This document shows, piece after piece, positions 58,046 to 64,000 of a stretch of DNA of 64,000 nt (positions within the stretch are counted from its first letter, which is position 1; each line of letters starts with the position of its first letter). Source of the DNA: Candidatus Latescibacterota bacterium (lineage in GTDB: Bacteria > Latescibacterota > UBA2968 > SICM01); the NCBI GenBank assembly GCA_965217865.1, contig CBDCJO010000002.1, forward strand, positions 1,024,001 through 1,088,000. Direction: 5' to 3'. The notes beneath the pieces were generated by a model. The model ran no database searches. It saw only the letters and a list, made by a program, of their open reading frames with translations, and was not told where the DNA came from. Both the position numbers and the translations under genes were made by a program.

Positions 58046-58310
58046 TGGGGGCGGTTGATTGATTTCCAACTGTATGACGTCCCATAACGTTCTCGAGTCC
58101 GGTTACTATTGTACCAAGTACTTCAACAGGTTTACTTGGCTTCACACCTAGTCTATCAACGAATCTGTAGCTTGTTTGCTCACTCAAGATCTGTCGGTTT
58201 AATGTTTCAGTCTGCCGGAAAACGCCGCATTAGGAGACGATCCGGTCCAGGATGGAGTGTCGAGAAAATGTCCTTGATAGTATATGACGGTTAGACTATA
58301 TTGTTAAATC

Positions 58311-58545
58311 ATGAACTGGGAAGTCGGATTTGATCCGGCCTTCGACTCGGAATTCGATGCCCTGCCCACCCGCAGTGCAGGATGAGCTACTTGCTCAAGC
58401 GAAGCTTCTTGAGACATTCGGACCGTCTCTGGGCCGTCCACGGGTGGACACTCTGGACGGGTCGCGCCACGCCAACATGAAAGAGCTTCGCTTTAACGCC
58501 GCCGACGGCGTGTGGCGGGTCGCCTTTTTCCTTTGACCCCAAGGG
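58311..58545 (+). pseudogene. RelE/ParE-like (Gp49/HigB) toxin, frameshifted and truncated
   Basis: 'FGPSLGRPRVDTLDGSRHANMKELRF..ADGVWRVAF'. Confidence 0.8.
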
Positions 58546-58661
58546 GAGCCATCCTGCTTGTGACCGGCTGAAAAGTGACGATCGAGAAGATGAAATAAGA
58601 GCGGATTTAGATGCTCTGGGTCCGGTGTAAGTTGCTATAAGGAAGCAAGGAGGCCTCTCAA

Positions 58662-59315
58662 ATGGTTGAATTGATAAACGTTTCACAAAAAACACACTTG
58701 AAGCGTCTTTTTGGTGTTGTTTCAAATGGCCAAACCTATCTCAATGTGATTTACCTGCTATTGGCTTTCCCTCTGGGACTGGTTTATTTCGTTTTCCTGG
58801 TAACGGGGTTGTCCCTGGGGATTGGCTTGATCATCATAGGTATTGGTATTCCAATACTACTGTTGATGATGACATCATGGTGGGGATTGGCATCATTCGA
58901 ACGTAAAATAACGATATGGCTGCTGCGTGTAGAGGATATACCTCCAATGTTAACCAAAACAAAATCAAGAAAGGGCATATGGGAGCGGTTCGGATATTAC
59001 CTGAGCAATCCTGTGACGTGGAAAAGCTTGGTCTACCTTTGCGCAAGGTTTCCGCTTGGGTTACTTTCATTCATTGTTTCGGTTATTCTGATATCGCTGA
59101 CAACAGGGATGGTGGCTGCGCCGGTAATCTATGAGAGCCATACATTGAACGTCGGCTTTTGGCAGGTAGACACTTTGGGAGAGGCTCTGATCTGCTCAAT
59201 TCTGGGAGTTGGCGTGGGTTTAATTTCAATCCACGTGATGAATAGTCTTGCATTCGTATCGGGCAGGTTTGCCAGTTTGATGCTGGGTCCTGCTCTACAT
59301 TCGTCCCCAAAATGA
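58662..59315 (+). CDS. Membrane 'sensor'-domain protein
   Basis: 'TYLNVIYLLLAFPLGL','LASFER','TWKSLVYL..RFPLG', 4 TM segments, RBS GGAGG. Confidence 0.8.
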   Translation: MVELINVSQKTHLKRLFGVVSNGQTYLNVIYLLLAFPLGLVYFVFLVTGLSLGIGLIIIGIGIPILLLMMTSWWGLASFERKITIWLLRVEDIPPMLTKTKSRKGIWERFGYYLSNPVTWKSLVYLCARFPLGLLSFIVSVILISLTTGMVAAPVIYESHTLNVGFWQVDTLGEALICSILGVGVGLISIHVMNSLAFVSGRFASLMLGPALHSSPK

Positions 59316-59585
59316 TTCCATCCAGGGGTTGTCTCGGGCTCCGTTTTCGGCATAGGAGACCCAACCCCCTTCTCCCTGAATAGGATGCGGCGTAACCAGG
59401 TGTAGCTTTGTGTAGACAGAATCCCCTGTCGGCCACGGCCCGAGCCACCCACCCATTTGCTCTCAATATCCAGGAGGCCGTCAGATGGGCCTTCCGGGCG
59501 CCACGGGCATAGATCAGTTCTGTGAAGTCGGTCGTAAAGGCCTAAACACTCAATGAATTGGCGGCCTTTCACCAAATTCGCCTGG

Positions 59586-59848
59586 GATCCCGCAACAGGG
59601 TTTGCCAGGAGAGCTTGCTCTCACGCTGGCCGTCCTCGATAGCGATGACTTCCTTGCAGCCATCAGCCGTTGCACCGACCAGCACGAGCACACAGGGCCG
59701 ATTCTTATCCAGGCGCACGTTGAAATAGATCCCGTCCGCCCACACATACACGTCGTGTTTTCCGGTCAGGTCGCGCTGCTTCCAGCTCTTATACTCATCT
59801 TCCCAGATTTGCTTCAGCCTGGTGACATTAGTCGGTGATAAACCCGAG
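59586..59848 (-). mobile_element. IS256-family transposase internal fragment
   Basis: 'GLSPTNVTRLK...RDL...YVWADGIYFNVR...GQRESKLSW'. Confidence 0.85.
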
Positions 59849-60108
59849 TTCTTGAGAAATGTGGGTTTCAAAAAAAGGGTACTGGGCGGTCTCCCCACGA
59901 AAAATGGGTATTGGAATTAGACGGAAAGCTCGTTGCTCGAACTTCAGTACCCCATGGGAGTAAGAAGCTAAAAAAACCGACGTTTTTTCAAATATTAAAT
60001 AGCCAGATTTACTTAAATTTGGAGGAATACGAAAAATTATATTCCTGCGAAGAAAACGCCGGTTACTACCACCAGCTATTAAATCAAAAGGATATTTTGG
60101 AAGATTAA
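59849..60108 (+). pseudogene. HicA-like small protein, 5'-truncated
   Basis: 'LEKCGFQKKGTGRSPHEKW.LELDGKLVARTSVPHG'. Confidence 0.45.
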
Positions 60109-60131
60109 AGACACTGATATTGAGTCTGTCG

Positions 60132-60170
60132 TTTTTTTCAGCCCGGCCATCATCGGTCGGGCTTTTCTTT
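60132..60170. terminator. Hairpin terminator
   Basis: AGCCCGGCC..GGTCGGGCT followed by TTTTCTTTT. Confidence 0.6.
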
Positions 60171-60294
60171 TGCCTTTCCCACCACCTTCCCTGCCGGCAG
60201 CAGTTCCCCCCGATGGTCTACCTCACACGCCCACGTCTCGCCCGCCTTCGGCTTATTCCCTGCTACATCGCTGACCTCGATCGGGGTCGGCGGA

Positions 60295-60803
60295 CGTCCA
60301 TAGTAAACTATAGGCCCCGTAGGTTCATAATGAATTACAATATCGGAGGTCAAGGTAGATGCGAGATATTTTGAAAACGCACCTCTGGTACTTTCACATA
60401 CCATCTTGATTATATCAGCAGCAGATTGACCCCAACTAAAAGGAACAACAGTAATTATGGACTCCGGTTTTTCCTGCTCTATGGTTTCAAAAACAACGGT
60501 AGTGTCTCTGAATACCTGAACGACAGTATCCCGGATGGTTTGGACGGTAGTATCTCTTACTACTCGTACAACAGTAAGGGTATCAACCTGGAAGGTCGTG
60601 TCTCGAACAATGACAGTATCCAACGAACCAACGCCAAAAACCGCCCCGTCTCCTTTGCCGAAATTTTCAGCAAGAATGAAAAAGTCATCAAGGTCTACCT
60701 TCCCGTTTCCGTCCAGGTCCCCAGGAATTCTCTCTTTAGCGAAGGCTGTAGCTGTTACAATCAATACCGCGCATATAGCATATCTCCATAATAACATTCG
60801 CAC
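60295..60803 (-). pseudogene. Secreted dockerin/EF-hand-like protein, 3'-truncated
   Basis: Signal peptide, 'GDLDGNGKVDLDDFFILAENFG', 'RDT' repeats. Confidence 0.65.
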
Positions 60804-61090
60804 TCAAGCGGTCCTCCCTGGGTCTCGATCTCTACCTATGGCTGGTTTACCGGACCTTCTCGCTCCGCGCTCCGCAACGGCTCACTTGGCGGCAGGTGTA
60901 CCACCAGTTCGGAGCACACCCGGCCAAGGCGAAGGACAAGTTGGTTGTGAATGATTTTCGCAAGGATTGTTTGCGCGATTTGAAGAAGATCAAGCTGGCT
61001 TGGCCGGAGTTGAACTACACGACGGCTCCGGGCGTCCTGATCCTCTTGCCCTCGACGCCCGCCATCGCGCCGCTCAATCAAGGCCAGCTA
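60800..61090 (+). pseudogene. Plasmid-type RepA C-terminal fragment, interrupted by IS copy 3
   Basis: 'YLWLVYRTF..LRLTWRQVYHQFG...DFRKDCLRDLKKIKLAWPELNY...GVLILLPS'. Continues as GS* at 62621-62629. Confidence 0.65.
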
Positions 61091-62618
61091 GCAGCCTGTT
61101 GAAAAAGTGCGTTTATGCCAAGATGACTGTTGTCTTTCCTTGTGGTTTGGTCCTATGATATATCAGGTTCAAACTGAGAAGGGAGGACGAGCAAATGGCA
61201 ATGGGAAAACGAGGACGACAGAGACAGGAAAACCTGTTCATCGCATCGAACACTTTGGTGAAATCTCCGGGTCATCCGTTCTACGAGAAGCTGAATCAGG
61301 TATTGGGGGCGAACGGCTTCGACGAGTTCGTCGAGGGGCTTTGCCAGCGGTATTACGCTCCTCATATGGGTCGCAAGGGCATTCCGCCCGGGGTTTATTT
61401 TCGGATGCTTTTGATTGGGTATTTCGAGGGACTTGATTCGGAACGTGGGATCGAATGGCGTGTATCTGACTCGCTGACGTTGCGCCGGTTTTTGGGGTAT
61501 GCCCTTGACGAACAGACCCCGGATCATTCCAGCCTGTCTCGCATCCGGCATCGGCTTCCCTTGGAAGTTCACGAAGCGGTTTTCAAGTGGATCCTGAGGG
61601 TCTTGTGCAAAGCGGGTCTGGTGAAGGGGAAGACGTTGGGCGTGGATGCTACGACACTGGAGGCCAACGCCGCGATGCGCAGCATTGTACGCCGTGACAC
61701 GGGTGAAGGCTACCAGGCATTCCTTGAGAATCTGGCCAAGGCCTCGGGCATTGAAACGCCTACCCGCGAGGACTTGTCCAAGATCGATAAGAAGCGACCG
61801 AAGAAGGGATCGAACCAGGACTGGGAGCACCCGCACGACCCGGATGCCAAGATCGCTAAGATGAAGGACGGTCGCACGCACATGGCGCACAAGGTGGAGC
61901 ACGCGGTGGATCTGGACACCAATGCCATTGTGGCAGTGGCGTTGTCGGGAGCAGATGAAGGAGATACCGAGTCGTTGCCCTGGACGCTGCTCGAGGCGCA
62001 GCTCAATCTCAAGCAGGTCGCGAAGGACGAAAAAGCTGCTAAGCGTTTGCACAGACAGCGTATACGGGAGGTGGTTGCGGACAAAGGATATCATAGCAAC
62101 GATGTATTGACCAGTCTGAAGCAAGGCGGCATCCGGAGTTACATTTCAGAACCGGATCGGGGACGCCGCAAGTGGAACGGCCGACGAGATGAGCAGGCCG
62201 CGGTATATGCGAATCGACGCCGGATCAAGGGAGATCGCGGCAAGGCCTTGCGCCGAAGTCGTGCAGAACGGGTGGAAAGAACCATCGCTCACACATATGA
62301 TACCGGTGGCATGCGCAGGTTGCACTTGAGAGACCGCGGCAATATCCTCAAGCGTTTGCTGATCCACATCGGGGGCTGCAACCTGGCTCTGCTCATGCGC
62401 AAAGTGATGGGCGTAGGTACTCCGAAGGCCCTCCAGGACCTGGCCAAGGCCTTGCAGCGTCTACTGCTCGTCCTACAATCACGTTTGCTGCCCTCGGTCA
62501 CCTTTTTAACCTCTTATCAGCGTCTCCTGCTCAATCTCCTTACCTTGATTTATCTGACCCGCACTCCAGGCGTCTTTTCCGTTTATGTGCGTTGAAAGGT
62601 AGTTCTTCAACGGGCTGA
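61091..62618 (+). mobile_element. IS1182/IS5-like element, copy 3 (transposase 61195-62595)
   Basis: Identical 466-aa protein, same IRs, CTAG target. Confidence 0.93.
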
Positions 62619-62772
62619 TAGGGAGCTAATTCTCCCCTTTCCCACCTCTCAGCGGCCAGCCACCGGCTTTCCGCAGCGCGTTGGATTCTAGGTATCCCCC
62701 CACACCCCTGAATCGCCTGAATCCGTAAATCGTTTATTTCCACAGGCTTCTGTGATTTCTTTGGGTTTTCCA

Positions 62773-62823
62773 CGAACATTCACCCCTACTCAATTTCGAT
62801 CTATTTCGAACATTCACCCCTAC
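62773..62823. repeat. 17-bp direct repeats, putative iterons downstream of repA
   Basis: CGAACATTCACCCCTAC at 62773 and 62807. Confidence 0.6.
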
Positions 62824-63661
62824 CATACAAGTAAAGTACATTGGCAGTCAAATAGTCCAAAGCCATTTCTGGACCGTTCCCTGGCAGCATGGGAACCGAT
62901 AATAGCGGAAGCGAAGTTGTGAGCAAGGCAAATCTATGCCCAAGCGTTGGGTGGATTTCTTGCGACGCGCACCGGTAAAATATGTTCATACCGTCACCGA
63001 TCTTCTTTAATATATCTGCAAAGAGGACTCGAGAACCGGGGTTATTTTCTTGGAATACCGGTTGCGCCCAAACATAATCTCTAATTCCCGACCCAAACTT
63101 CTCCTTATACGTTGACTTCATATGGGAGATTACCGATTCAGCATAGTGAGGTTCCTTACCTGATCGTCCACATAATTCGTTATAGGATTCCTTTTGGCGA
63201 ATCCAAGAACGCAACAGCGTGCTGCTGATGTAGTCGCGGAACACTTGCGGATGTTCACTGCAAAATCGTGCAAGGAATTCACAGACCACGTGAGCTTCAT
63301 ATAGCGTGCGCCATAGTTGCCAGCCTGCCCAGTAAGATTTTTCTATAAGAAGTCCTATAGCGTTCGCCTGTTGACTCGCGTTCGTGTACAGGTGCATGAA
63401 TACGTAGGACTTAGCCGCTTGGAGATCGTACGTCTCATTGAGACATTGATGAAGAATATCTTCTTCGGCAAACCAACTTGGGCGACACACGAGGTCCTTC
63501 TCAAGGTCTGCACTAAAGTAAGCGGTTTCTCTGATTAGCTCTTCGAGTATTTGGATTCTATGGGGCTTCCAATCAGGTTTCTGGCCACTACGCTCCATGT
63601 GCCTCTCTAGCCAATAGTTCTTCATTTTGAAACCTCGTTCCCCTCGAGGATGGCCAGCCAC
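62801..63661 (-). CDS. Hypothetical protein (DUF5677/HEPN-like), probably 3'-truncated
   Basis: 'AIGLLIE...QLWRTLYE','FYRCASQEIH'. Confidence 0.5.
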   Translation of the reverse strand: MAGHPRGERGFKMKNYWLERHMERSGQKPDWKPHRIQILEELIRETAYFSADLEKDLVCRPSWFAEEDILHQCLNETYDLQAAKSYVFMHLYTNASQQANAIGLLIEKSYWAGWQLWRTLYEAHVVCEFLARFCSEHPQVFRDYISSTLLRSWIRQKESYNELCGRSGKEPHYAESVISHMKSTYKEKFGSGIRDYVWAQPVFQENNPGSRVLFADILKKIGDGMNIFYRCASQEIHPTLGHRFALLTTSLPLLSVPMLPGNGPEMALDYLTANVLYLYGRGECSK

Positions 63662-64000
63662 GGGCGAGTCCTGGCCTCACTAAAGCGACTGATAGAGTCA
63701 GGGGGGACGCCGGTGCCCTTAGAGGGGATCATTTCATAACTTTCGGGTTTAATATCAGTAATACCTCTGAAAACACAGGATTTTTGAGGAGCTTCGATTC
63801 CGGGTTAACGTGGGATTCGGTCGCCCCTTCGCTCAAAAATCTGATAATTACCGGATTCGATGCCTCCATGGACGGTCAGACCATCTACGCGAATGCACGG
63901 GATTCCTTTGTGATACAAATATCCGCCGACGGGGGGGCCAACTGGACCACGACGGAAATCAACCAGGCCAACGGTCCTGTCGCGGTTTCTCCTTCGGATT

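Overview
This 64-kb bacterial window is a mosaic 'graveyard'. It holds dozens of gene fragments, many truncated or internally deleted, from mobile-element, defence and envelope genes of varied base composition, with a few intact genes among them: recD2, a 900-aa tandem DNA methyltransferase and its neighbouring nuclease, ParA plus partner, an SPFH protein, a TonB-dependent receptor, ABC transporter parts, a serpin and a GT2. Recent, clean insertions overlay the mosaic: three near-identical IS1182-like elements at (C/A)TAG, one ISL3 with an 8-bp TSD, and three apparently identical copies of a 229-bp non-autonomous IS200/IS605-type element. That mini-element has terminal hairpins, a TCAT target and no TSD. 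It carries the tnpA C-terminus, and a related left end with the tnpA 5' part lies at 36861. Also present are a satellite/phage-like Rep gene with iterons, attC-like integron cassette sites, a solitary type I-E CRISPR repeat with scattered cas3 and casA fragments, an IS110-like non-coding end and a group II intron 5' fragment. No rRNA, tRNA or CRISPR array was seen. All protein family calls come from motif recognition by eye, not from database searches.
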